Source: Myxococcales bacterium (GTDB taxonomy: Bacteria > Myxococcota_A > Polyangia > Polyangiales > DASUME01). From it: DNA of 64,000 bases. Shown here in pieces: positions 39,803 through 49,400 of the stretch (the first letter of the stretch is position 1; every line of letters starts with the position of its first letter). Location of the stretch: contig JASGJH010000001.1 in the NCBI GenBank assembly GCA_047601445.1, positions 3,328,001 through 3,392,000 of the forward strand, given 5' to 3'. The position numbers were made by a program, and so were the translations under genes. The notes below the pieces were generated by a model. It was given only the letters and a program-made list of their open reading frames with translations. It did no database searches and was not told the DNA's origin.

Positions 39803-41446
39803 ATGCAAGATAGCGGTCCCGCAAAGGATTCCCCGGCAGACCCGCAGGGTGCCGCGGAATTACCGACGATGGCCGCCGCAACGCCGCCTCCGACGTTGCA
39901 GGCCACGCCTGCCCAGCGTCCGCGCCCCAAGATGGTGCACGACTGGACGGGGCGGGACGTGGATGGTCGCTACCGGGTCCTCGAGCGTCTCGGCGAGGGC
40001 GGCATGGGCGTCGTCTACGTAGCCGAACACGTCCAGCTCAAGAAGAAGGTGGCCTTCAAAGTCATTCATCCGCAGCTGGCGGCGCACGAAGAGCTGCTGC
40101 TGCGCTTCAAGCGCGAAGCCCTGGCCACGGGGCAGTTGGACCATCCGCACATCGCGGCGGCCATCGACTTCGGCGAACTCGAGGACGGCAGTGCTTTCAT
40201 GGTCATGCCGTGGGTGCGCGGTCACAGCCTGCAAAAGCAGCTCGAAGAGGGCGAGAGCATGGACTTTCGCCGTGCCGCCAGCCTGTGCGCCCAGATCGCC
40301 GACGCGCTCAGCGCCGCCCACGGCATGGGCATCGTCCATCGCGATCTCAAGCCCGACAACGTGTTGGTGGAGACCCGCACCGACGGCAGCGAGGCCGCCA
40401 AGGTGCTCGACTTCGGCGTGGCGAGCCTGGCGGGGCAGCCCGAGGGCCTGAGCATGGACTCGCGTCCGCTCACGCAGGCGGGCACCATCCTCGGAACGCC
40501 CGGATACATGTCGCCCGAGCAAGCCAGCGCGGGCGAAGTCGACCACCGCACGGACCTCTACGCGCTGGGCGTGATCCTGTGGGAGCTCTGCAAGGGTGAG
40601 CGGCTCTTCAGTGGTAGCGATATCACCGCCATCTTCGCCAAGCAGTTCAACACCGTGCCCCCGCCCCTCGACCTCGGGCGCTCCTCCATGGCGCGCGAGC
40701 TGAGCGACCTGGTCACGCGCCTGCTCGCCTGGGACAAGAACCAACGGCCGGGCACCGCAGCCGAAGTGCGCGATGCGCTGCGTCGCATCTCCGACCTACC
40801 CGACTCCCGCATCTCGCACCTGCACCTGAGCCTCGAGTTCGTGCCCAAGTTCTACCAGCGCTACGTGCCTCCCGCGTACCAGCGCTACGTGCCCCACGCC
40901 ATCGCGGCCATCGCCGTGTTGATTGCCATCTTGATCGTGGCCTTCGACGACGACCCCGAGCCCGTCCAGCCCGAGCAGGCGCCGGTGGCCGCCGTGCTCG
41001 AGAAGCCCAAGAAGCTCACCAAGGCCGAGGCCAGGCGCGCCGAGCGTGCCCCTGAGCCCGCGGCCGCCGCGGCACCGGCTCCCAGCGAGCCCCCGCCCGC
41101 CCGCGTGGAGACCGAGGCCGATCCGAGCGACGACCGGGACACCCTGATCCGCAGCAAGAGCCGTGAGGCCCGCCGCAGCGCCGCCAAACGCGTGCTGAAG
41201 AACCCGTCGGGCTCGCCTCACTACCTCAAACTCATCGCCCAGCTCGAAGCCGCGAACGGCTGCCCCGAGAAGAAGGCGGTCCTCGAAGACATCCGCAACT
41301 TATCCGACCCTCGCGTGCTCCCGGCGCTCGAGCGCTTGGCCGAGCAACCCAAGCGCGGCTGCGGCTTGATTCGCTTGAGCGATTGCCTGGCATGTTTACG
41401 GAGAGACCTCGATCAGACGATCGGAGCGCTCGAGAACGGCAAGTAG
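39803..41446 (+). CDS. Hanks-type Ser/Thr kinase with TM and C-terminal Cys-containing helical domain
   Basis: LGEGGMGVVY, HRDLKPDN, DFG, GTPGYMSPEQ; C-terminal C..C..C..C. Confidence 0.93.
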   Translation: MQDSGPAKDSPADPQGAAELPTMAAATPPPTLQATPAQRPRPKMVHDWTGRDVDGRYRVLERLGEGGMGVVYVAEHVQLKKKVAFKVIHPQLAAHEELLLRFKREALATGQLDHPHIAAAIDFGELEDGSAFMVMPWVRGHSLQKQLEEGESMDFRRAASLCAQIADALSAAHGMGIVHRDLKPDNVLVETRTDGSEAAKVLDFGVASLAGQPEGLSMDSRPLTQAGTILGTPGYMSPEQASAGEVDHRTDLYALGVILWELCKGERLFSGSDITAIFAKQFNTVPPPLDLGRSSMARELSDLVTRLLAWDKNQRPGTAAEVRDALRRISDLPDSRISHLHLSLEFVPKFYQRYVPPAYQRYVPHAIAAIAVLIAILIVAFDDDPEPVQPEQAPVAAVLEKPKKLTKAEARRAERAPEPAAAAAPAPSEPPPARVETEADPSDDRDTLIRSKSREARRSAAKRVLKNPSGSPHYLKLIAQLEAANGCPEKKAVLEDIRNLSDPRVLPALERLAEQPKRGCGLIRLSDCLACLRRDLDQTIGALENGK

Positions 41447-41508
41447 GGCGCGCACAGCGCGCGAGCGACCGCCGACGCAGGCGGACCTGGTGCCAGCGTG
41501 CTGCCTCG

Positions 41509-41553
41509 GAAAGGAACGAAAAGGCCCGACCCGCTTTCGCGAATCGGGCCTTC
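41509..41553 (-). terminator. Rho-independent terminator of the 41595-43448 lipoprotein gene
   Basis: Minus strand AAGGCCCGATTCGC-GAAA-GCGGGTCGGGCCTT followed by TTCGTTCCTTT. Confidence 0.8.
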
Positions 41554-41594
41554 ATGCGGGCTCGCTAGCGAGGTGCCCTACTCGGGCGCGCGCC

Positions 41595-43448
41595 TCAGGC
41601 GCCGCCGATGCAGCCGGGCTTGTCGGCCACGTTGGGAATGCAGCTGTGCTGCTCGGGCCAGGCGGTGTCCTCGCCGCAGCCGTTCACGTTTGCGGGGTAG
41701 CCGGGCACGCACTCGCCCTCCACGGTGACGGGCTGCGGACCGCACACGTCGAGGTCGAGGTTGTTGAGGCAGGGCAGGCCGGCCGAGAACTTCACGTTGT
41801 CGCCGCAACCACACACGGTCTCGGGTAGCGTGGGGATGAGGGCACCGAGGGCGGCTTCGTTGATGGGCGTGGCGCCGCAGGCGTCGCCCGTGACGTTGCG
41901 CAGGCAGGGCAGCGAGGCCGGCGTGCCGGTCTGCTGGTCGTCGCCGCAGCCGCACATGAACTCGGGCAGGTTGCCGAGGTACGGGCTGCCAGCGAGGATG
42001 TTCATCTTGCCGCAGACCGCCGTCTCGACGTTGGGCAAGAGCATGGCGGCGCTGACGCCCGCGGGCGCACCGATGGCGCCACAGATGAACTCAGGCACTG
42101 CCGCGAGCACCTGGGAGTCGGCCGTGATGGGCGCCTTGCCGCACACCGCGTACTCCACGTTGGGCAGCTTGAAGGCAACGCTGACACCAGCGGGCGCGCC
42201 AGTCGCACCGCACATGAACTCGGGCACGCTGAGCAAGGCCTTCGAGTCGGCGTCGACAGGAGCCTTACCGCACACCGAGTAATCGACGTTGGGCAAGAGC
42301 AAGAGGCCGCTCACGCCCGCAGGTGCGCCAGTCGCACCACACAGGAACTCCGGAATGCCGGCGAGCACCTCGGTGGATTCCGCGGTGACGGGCAGCTTGC
42401 CGCAGATGGTGTTCTCCACGTTGGGCAAGAGGAAGGCCGGATTGGCCGTGGCGGGCGCGCCGATGGCGCCACAGAAGAACGCGGGCACGTTGTCCAGGAA
42501 CGACGAGGTGCCGTCGTTCACGGGAGCGCTGCCGCAGACCGTGGAGTCCACGTTCTTGAGCTTGACCGGGAGCGCCGAGGTGGAGCCGGTGGCGCCACAG
42601 ATGAACTCGGGGATCATCGCGAGCGAGCCGGTGTAGATGGCAGTGCCCGCTCCGTCCGCGCCGCACACGTCGGTGCCCGTGTGGTTCAGGCAGGGCAGGC
42701 CGTCCGCGCCGGGGCTCTTCTTGTCCTCGCCACAGCCACAGATGAATGTGGGTGCGCCGGGGATGCTGCCCGAGAGCTTGGGTCCACCGGTCTCGGGGTT
42801 GCAGAAGGGCAGAATCTCGAGCGTCGAGGGGTCGGGCGCACCCGCATCACCGCTGCCCAGCGAGGAAGCGAGCGTGGTGTAGGGAACGCAGCCGAGGTGG
42901 AGATCCAGCAAGCTGCCGAGCGACCCGGCAGGCTTCGAGAGGCTGGCGCCGCACATCCCCTCGGGTGTACAGCAGCCGGGGAAGCTCAACGACACGGTAT
43001 CGCCCTTGACGTAGAGCATCTTGTCCGTGTTGCTGGAGCCCTCGGCGGTCTCGACCTGATCGAAGAAGGAACCACAGACGTCGACGCTCTCCTTACCAGG
43101 TGCATCGCGCTCGAGGCAGCCGTCGAGCGAAGCGGGCGGCGGGAAGGTGTTGCCGAGGTAGCCGCACTTGTCTTGCGCTTCGCCGGCGCAGCAGGCGTCC
43201 ACCGGGTACATCCCGAGCAGCATCTGACCTTCGCACACGGTCCCACCGCAGGTCGCGCTCTTGGGGTTCTTGTCCTTCGTTCCGCCGTCGGACATCGGCA
43301 TCATCATCATGCCGTCGCCGTCGCCGTCGCCCGAGCCCGCGTCGATCTCCGGCTTCTTCTTGTTGTCGTCGCCGCAGCCCACGGCGCACGTGGCGCCGAG
43401 CGCCAGGGCTCCCATGATCGCGATCCGCTGATAGGTCCTCAAGGACAT
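41595..43448 (-). CDS. Large Cys-rich lipoprotein with about nine tandem 42-48 aa repeats
   Basis: GGAGAGG SD; lipobox AVGC; repeats PEFxCGA.GAPA.....LPNV...VCG. Confidence 0.85.
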   Translation of the reverse strand: MSLRTYQRIAIMGALALGATCAVGCGDDNKKKPEIDAGSGDGDGDGMMMMPMSDGGTKDKNPKSATCGGTVCEGQMLLGMYPVDACCAGEAQDKCGYLGNTFPPPASLDGCLERDAPGKESVDVCGSFFDQVETAEGSSNTDKMLYVKGDTVSLSFPGCCTPEGMCGASLSKPAGSLGSLLDLHLGCVPYTTLASSLGSGDAGAPDPSTLEILPFCNPETGGPKLSGSIPGAPTFICGCGEDKKSPGADGLPCLNHTGTDVCGADGAGTAIYTGSLAMIPEFICGATGSTSALPVKLKNVDSTVCGSAPVNDGTSSFLDNVPAFFCGAIGAPATANPAFLLPNVENTICGKLPVTAESTEVLAGIPEFLCGATGAPAGVSGLLLLPNVDYSVCGKAPVDADSKALLSVPEFMCGATGAPAGVSVAFKLPNVEYAVCGKAPITADSQVLAAVPEFICGAIGAPAGVSAAMLLPNVETAVCGKMNILAGSPYLGNLPEFMCGCGDDQQTGTPASLPCLRNVTGDACGATPINEAALGALIPTLPETVCGCGDNVKFSAGLPCLNNLDLDVCGPQPVTVEGECVPGYPANVNGCGEDTAWPEQHSCIPNVADKPGCIGGA

Positions 43449-43718
43449 GTCCACCTCTCCAAGCGCGGCCAACACACGAGTGGAAGCGAGCTATTTCCAA
43501 TTTGGAAACCTCGTCACCACTCGACCGGAGCTCCCCACGAGCCCTGAGTTGGTACGTTGTTGGCGCCGAGATCAGACCATGCGGTTCCAGCGAGCACAAC
43601 TTCTGCCGTATTCTTGCGCGTAATTCGCGAAGTTCGCGCGGTGTGCACAGCGCCTCGTCGGCCCGCGGCGCAGCGTCGATGACGAGCACACGTGAGGCAG
43701 CTCCCGAAACGGGACGCC

Positions 43719-43756
43719 AAAACAAAAACGCGACGGCCACTGGGACCGTCGCGTTC
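43719..43756 (-). terminator. Rho-independent terminator after the 43814-44530 lipoprotein
   Basis: Minus strand AACGCGACGG-TCCCAGTGG-CCGTCGCGTT then TTTGTTTT. Confidence 0.8.
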
Positions 43757-43813
43757 TTGGAGCTGCGCACTGTAGGTTCAACGCGCAGGTTCACTCAGCT
43801 TGTCTGAGTGCTT

Positions 43814-44530
43814 TCAGGGCTGCGCGGGCGCAGCCGGCTGCTCCGTGACCATGCCGCTCGTGGGGTCGCAGGTGATGGTGTCGCCGAAGCCGGCGGGCAC
43901 GGAGGCCGCCGCCAGACCGACGTACGCGGGATCGGGGCAGCCGTAGCCGATGTCCGTCGCGCCCGGGATCTTGTTGCCGCTGACGACCACATCGACCGTC
44001 TTGAAGTCGATGCTGCAGACGCCCGCCGAGGTGCAGCAGCCAGCGAAGTTGGTGACGATCGGAGGCGCGGCCGACACCTTGCGCGTGAACTTGCCATCCG
44101 TCTGATCGTCTGCGGGGCCAGCGTCAGCCTTGCCCGTCTCGTCCGCGAAGTCGACCTTGTCCCAAACCGCGCCGCAGCTGTCGGAAGCGACGCCAACGGC
44201 ATCACGCGCCACGCATGCCGGCAGGTTCTCTCCGGTGAGGCGCGTGCTCTCGAGACCGCAGGTGTTGTCGGGCAAGCAGCAGGCCTTGATGTTCGGCGGA
44301 GCGAGCAGCTTGACGCCGTTGCAAACGGTCTCGCCGCACTTCACCTGCTCGGCCGTGAGCATGGTGCCCGAGTCGTGCGTGCCGCTGTCCGCGGGGGCCG
44401 CGGCGTCACCATCGCCGTCGCCGCCGTTGGTCTCCTTCTTGTCGTCGTCGCCGCCACAGGCCACGAGGCCCAGCGAAAGCACGGCCAAGCTACTCACGAA
44501 TCCCAAGCGCTGAATGGTCCTCAAGGACAT
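43814..44530 (-). CDS. Cys-rich lipoprotein, paralogue of the N-domain of 41595-43448
   Basis: MSLRTIQR start, lipobox LVAC; shared CG.TVC.G, ACC, C..RDA.G, F.GCCT..G.C. Confidence 0.85.
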   Translation of the reverse strand: MSLRTIQRLGFVSSLAVLSLGLVACGGDDDKKETNGGDGDGDAAAPADSGTHDSGTMLTAEQVKCGETVCNGVKLLAPPNIKACCLPDNTCGLESTRLTGENLPACVARDAVGVASDSCGAVWDKVDFADETGKADAGPADDQTDGKFTRKVSAAPPIVTNFAGCCTSAGVCSIDFKTVDVVVSGNKIPGATDIGYGCPDPAYVGLAAASVPAGFGDTITCDPTSGMVTEQPAAPAQP

Positions 44531-44854
44531 ATCCCTCACCTCTTCCCAAAAACCGCGAACGTCGCGGTCCAACCGATCGGACGGTGCTGACACCCCGTGT
44601 AGTCACACCCATGCGACTCACGCGGTGGTCACTCGAGTCCTGATCTGCACGGAACCCAAACTCCGTGCCCCCGGTGGCGTCACCCTAGAGAGTGACTCTC
44701 GGGCCTCGTATCGCCTTCGTAAGCGTTAGTCAACACTGTGGACTGTGTGGCCCGAAATGGCTGCTACTCGCGCCGCAGGATTTGGCTGCGGCGACAGGCA
44801 TTCGTGCGCCCCTTGAACGGCCGAAGATAACGGCTACAGGACGCACGCCTTCTC

Positions 44855-45307
44855 ATGCCACAAGACAAATACATCAAATACGTGCCCGCCGAAGCCACCA
44901 TGAAACGTATCGGCAAGTGGCACGTGCGCCTGTACCGGGCCACGCGTGGACTGATCGGCCGGCGAGTCGACGGACTCGACATTCTGCTCCTGACCACGGT
45001 GGGCAAAAAGACGGGCTTGGCCCGGACGGTGCCCCTGCCCTACTACCGCGACGGTGCGGACTATCTCCTGATCGCCTCGTTCGGCGGCAACGACAAGAAC
45101 CCCGCCTGGTTCCTGAACCTGAGCGCCAACCCGCGAGTGGAGATCCAGGTCGGCGGGAAGCGCCTGCAGGTGCAAGCGGAGGTCGCGGCCGAGCCGGAGC
45201 GTCAGCGACTGTGGGCCAATCTGGTCCGTGAGTACCCGCGTTACGTGCAGTACCAGGCCAAGACCGAGCGCAAGATCCCGATCGTGGTGCTGAAGACGGC
45301 GAACTAG
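44855..45307 (+). CDS. F420-dependent (Ddn-like) nitroreductase family oxidoreductase
   Basis: LLLTTVGKKTG..RTVPL, IASFGG..NPAWFLNL.ANP, YQAKTERKIPIVVL. Confidence 0.9.
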   Translation: MPQDKYIKYVPAEATMKRIGKWHVRLYRATRGLIGRRVDGLDILLLTTVGKKTGLARTVPLPYYRDGADYLLIASFGGNDKNPAWFLNLSANPRVEIQVGGKRLQVQAEVAAEPERQRLWANLVREYPRYVQYQAKTERKIPIVVLKTAN

Positions 45308-45328
45308 GGGGGATGTCCCCAGGGGGCC

Positions 45329-45737
45329 CTAGTCCTCGCCGCCCTCCTCCACGTTTCGCATGTGATCCGCTAGCCGCTGGAATGAGCCACGCAGCTGCTC
45401 TTTGAGCAGGAGATCGCCGGTGCACTCGTCGAGTGCCTGGCGCATGCACAGCATCCAACCATCCCTGGCGGCGCTGTCGATGCGGAACGGCAGATGACGC
45501 GCGCGTAGACGCGGATGGCCGCGGCGTTCCATGTAGAGCTGAGGTCCACCCAGCCAACCACTCAGGAACTCGAAGAGCTTTTCCCGGGAGCTCGCCAGAA
45601 TCCTTGGGATGCATGACGAGCACGTGCTGCGCGTCGGGCAGCTCACTCATGAGGTCGTAGAAGCGGGTGACCAGCTTGCGCACGCCGACGGCGCCGCCGA
45701 TGCGATCGTAGGGAGTGGGTGCGGAAGGGGAATCCAT
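45329..45737 (-). CDS. Group II truncated hemoglobin (+1 frameshift at 45597-45602)
   Basis: PYDRIGG..LVTRFYDLM...MHPKD joins LASSREKLFEFLSGWLGGP..GHPRLRARHLPF if one T of GATTCT is removed; length 409 = 3n+1. Confidence 0.88.
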
Positions 45738-45744
45738 GGCGACT

Positions 45745-46476
45745 TCAGCGCAAGTCTAGCCGCAGCAGCGCGGAAGGGCCCGCGTCGCTACGCGTGAGAA
45801 GCTCCCATTCCTTGTGCCAGGCAGCGATGTAAGCGGGGTCCTGCACGAGCACCCCGAGGGACAGCGCGTGGTCGTCCTCGCTGCCTTGAAGTTCGCCGCT
45901 GGTCACCAGCACGCGCAGCTTGTCGACGATCACGGCGCGCAACCCCACGCGCAACGCAGCGCCGGTCCAAACCTCGATCTTCTCGAGGCGTCGAAAGCTG
46001 CGTCGCACGAGGTCACGCACGCGCTCGCGCGCTTCCTCAGTGTCATCGACGTCGAAGACCAGACGCCCCGGGACATCGCGCCCGTCGCAGACGGCCGCGA
46101 TGGTGCGCACGAGCCCGCGCGCGTCCTCGTCCCGCAGTCCGTACACCTCCACGCTCTGCGTGGCGGAGGTGAGCAGCTGACGCACTTGCTCGATGAGATC
46201 GCGCGAGCGCGTACCTGGCGTGGGAATGCCCGAGTACACGAGCTCCACGCTCGAAACTCCGCTCGAAGCGCGCTCCGCGAGCACCGCCGCCAACATCGCC
46301 TTGGCAGCCTCGAGATCACGCCCGACCACGCCCTCGAGGTGCCCCTCGATGTTGCCGAAACCCTTCTCGATGAGTGCCCAGCGCGTGATGGGCGAAGGCA
46401 GCGCGCCACGATGCAGCGCGCGCAGGAGACGCTTGAGCTCGTCGCTCGGTAGACGGTGCAGACCCGAAGTCGTCAT
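45745..46476 (-). CDS. DrmC-like phospholipase D-fold protein with degenerate HKD motif
   Basis: VELVYSG..SRD..VRQL..A..SVEVYG; GLRAVIVD..VLVTSGE..LSLGVLVQD aligns by eye to HxKxxxxD..TSAN..E.G. Confidence 0.6.
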   Translation of the reverse strand: MTTSGLHRLPSDELKRLLRALHRGALPSPITRWALIEKGFGNIEGHLEGVVGRDLEAAKAMLAAVLAERASSGVSSVELVYSGIPTPGTRSRDLIEQVRQLLTSATQSVEVYGLRDEDARGLVRTIAAVCDGRDVPGRLVFDVDDTEEARERVRDLVRRSFRRLEKIEVWTGAALRVGLRAVIVDKLRVLVTSGELQGSEDDHALSLGVLVQDPAYIAAWHKEWELLTRSDAGPSALLRLDLR

Positions 46477-46485
46477 GGCTGAATC

Positions 46486-49400
46486 TCAGTTGCGCAGGAG
46501 CCGCGAAGCGTGGTCGCTCAGGAGCACCACGTTGTCGGGTGTTTCCGCTTCCTCGGCCGGGGCTGGTTTCTTGTTCGGGTCGAGGCGCTCGCGCACGGCC
46601 TGCACGAGCTCGGAGGTCTTGAGCACCGCGGTGTCGACCGCCGGCGAGAGCGCGGTGGCAAAGGCCGAGGTGGTGAGACCGGTGGTCCAGGCGATGGGAC
46701 CGAGCGGCGTGCAGCCGAAGAGCTGGCTGAGGCCCGGCGTCTGGATGATGAGCCCGAGGGCCGCAAAGGATCCTAGGCTCGTCCAAAGCACCGAACGACT
46801 GTGACCGCCCTTGAGCAAGGTCTGCCCGAGCTGGGTGCCGACGAGCCCCACCAGCCCCACGGTGCGCGCGCGTGCTTGCCCGCCGCTCAAGCGCGCCAGG
46901 GTCCAAGCACTGCCAGCGCCGAAGGAGGTGGTGATGGCGCGAGCGATGATCTCGCGATCGAGGGGCGCACCAAGCGATGCGTCCGGGCCTGCGTCCCGCA
47001 GCGTGCTCAAGTCGCGCACGGAAGGCGGACGCAGCGCGATGGCCATCGAGGGCGCGATGTCGGTGAGGAAGTTGACGAGCAGAAGCTGGCGCGGGTTGAG
47101 CGGAGCGTGTCCGAGCAGCGCGCCGATGCTCACGGTGAAGGCGATTTCCCCGAGGTTGCCGCCCACCAGGATGGACACCGCATCGCGCACGGAGTTCCAC
47201 ATGGCGCGGCCTTCGACCACCGCGTCCACCAGCGAGTCGATGCGCGCGTCCGCCAGCACCACGTCGGCGGCCGCTCGCGCTGCTTCGGTGGAGCCCGCGC
47301 CCACCGCGATGCCGGCATCGGCCACACGCATGGCGGGCGCATCGTTGGCGCCGTCGCCGACCATGCCGACCACGTGCCCGGTGCGCTGCAGTGCCCGCAC
47401 CACGCGGACCTTTTGCGCAGGCGTGACGCGCGCGAAGATGGCCGTCTTGCCCACGGCGCGCTCGAGCTGCGCCTCGGTCATGTGGGCGATCTGAGCGCCG
47501 TGCAGCATGCCCAAGTGGTTCACCAAGCCCACCTCGCGACCGATGCTGTGCGCGGTGTTGGGATGGTCGCCGGTGACCATCACCACGCGCACGCCAGCCT
47601 TCGCGAGACCGCTCACGGCGCCCTGTGCACTGGCACGCACGGGGTCACGGAACGCCACCAACCCGCGCACGATGAGTTCGCGCGGATCTTCGATGAGGGC
47701 GCGGGCCGGAGCTTGCTCGAGCTCGGCGTCCCCCACGGCGCGCTCGGCCACCGCAATGACGCGCAGGCCATCCGAGGTGAGCCGCTCGAGTTGTTGCTGG
47801 TAGGCGCCCTTGCCGCGCGAAATGGGCAAAAGGTCCCCTGACAACGCCACCGCGCTCGCGCGCGCCAGCAGCTGCTCTGGGGCCCCCTTGACGTAGATGC
47901 GTGCGCCGTCGGGTCCGCGTCCGAGCACGGCCTCGAAGCCGCGACCGGACTCGAAGGCGTGTTCCGCGAGGCGCACGAAGCCTTGCTCGAAATCACTCGC
48001 GAGCCTGCTGCGTGCCGCACGTACGATTTCGGCGTCCATCGGATCGCCGGACAGGCCTCGATCGTTGGCGACCGCGAGCGCGCCCATGCGCAACACGTCG
48101 AGGCGGGCCCCCGAAAGCTGCGCGATGCCCTCCAGCCGCTCGCCGTCGTGTACGCCGCTGAGCTCGATGCGGCCTTCGGTGAGCGTGCCCGTCTTGTCCA
48201 GGCACAGCACGTCCACGCGGCCCAATGCCTCGATGGCGCGCGGGTTCTTCACCAGCGCGCCGCGCCGCGACAGACGCTCGGCGGCCGCCAGCTGACTCAC
48301 GGTCGCCAGCACCGGCAAGCCCTCGGGTACGGCTGCGACTGCCAACCCCACGCCCGTGCTCACGAGATCATCCACGCGACGCCCACGCAGCAGGCCCGTG
48401 CCCACCAGCGCGGCGCCCGCGGTCATGGCCACGGGTCCAGTCAGACGCATGAGCGCGCGCAGACGCGCCTCGACTCCGCCACGCGCCTCGTCCGGCGTGA
48501 CCAGCGTGCCGCGGCGCATGATGGTGTCGTCGCCCGTGGCCACCACCACCGCGGTAGCGCGACCGGCTGCCACCGTGGTGCCAGCCCAGAGCATGGAGCT
48601 GGTGTCGGCCACGCTCTCTGCGAACGAGGGCGCCGCGCTCTTGAGCACCGGCAATGACTCGCCGGTGAGCGCCGACGCGTCGACCTCCAGCGAGTGCGCC
48701 TCGAGGATGCGGCAGTCCGCGGGCACCAGAATCGCCCTGATGAAAGAGCACCAGATCACCGCGCCGTAGCTCGCTCGCCAGACATACGCGCACGCGACCG
48801 CCGCGCCGCACGTGGACACGGGTCTCGGCTTGCTGCACCAGGCTGCTGATGGCGCGCTCCGTCTTGAAGCGCTGGTAGCCACCGATCAACGCGTTGAGCC
48901 CGCCTACGCCCGCCACGATGCCCGCGTCGGCCTTGGACCCCACCACTGCCGAGATGCCGGCGCCCATCGCCAGAAGCGGCGAGAGGGGGCTCGCGAGCTC
49001 CTTCTGTACGGCGCGGCCGAGCTCCATCCAGGCCGAGAAGTCGCGCACGCGGTCGCGGGTGCGCACCACCTTGGGTTCGGGCAATCCCTCGTCGCTGCTG
49101 CCGAGGCGAGCCAGGACGCCGCGGGCTTCGAGCGCGTGCCAGGGTGTGGGGTCCACCGGCTTGCGGGTGGAGCCGTCGACGTGCGCGGTGCGACGCACGG
49201 CGTTCAGCATGGCCGCCAGGCTCGCCAGGTTCACCACGAGCAACACGCGACGGGCTGCTAGTGGCGTGCGCCCACCAGCCGAGGCCAGTGTGCCGACGGC
49301 GGCCGCTCCCATCGCCAGGCGCACACTCTGCCGCGAGACACCGCGCGCCACATTGCAAGCCTCGATGACGGTGGCCAATACCCCCGGATCGTCGGGGCAC

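Noticed and set aside
45745..46476. A DISARM defence system
   Set aside because: Only a degenerate DrmC-like gene; no helicase, DUF1998 or methylase nearby.
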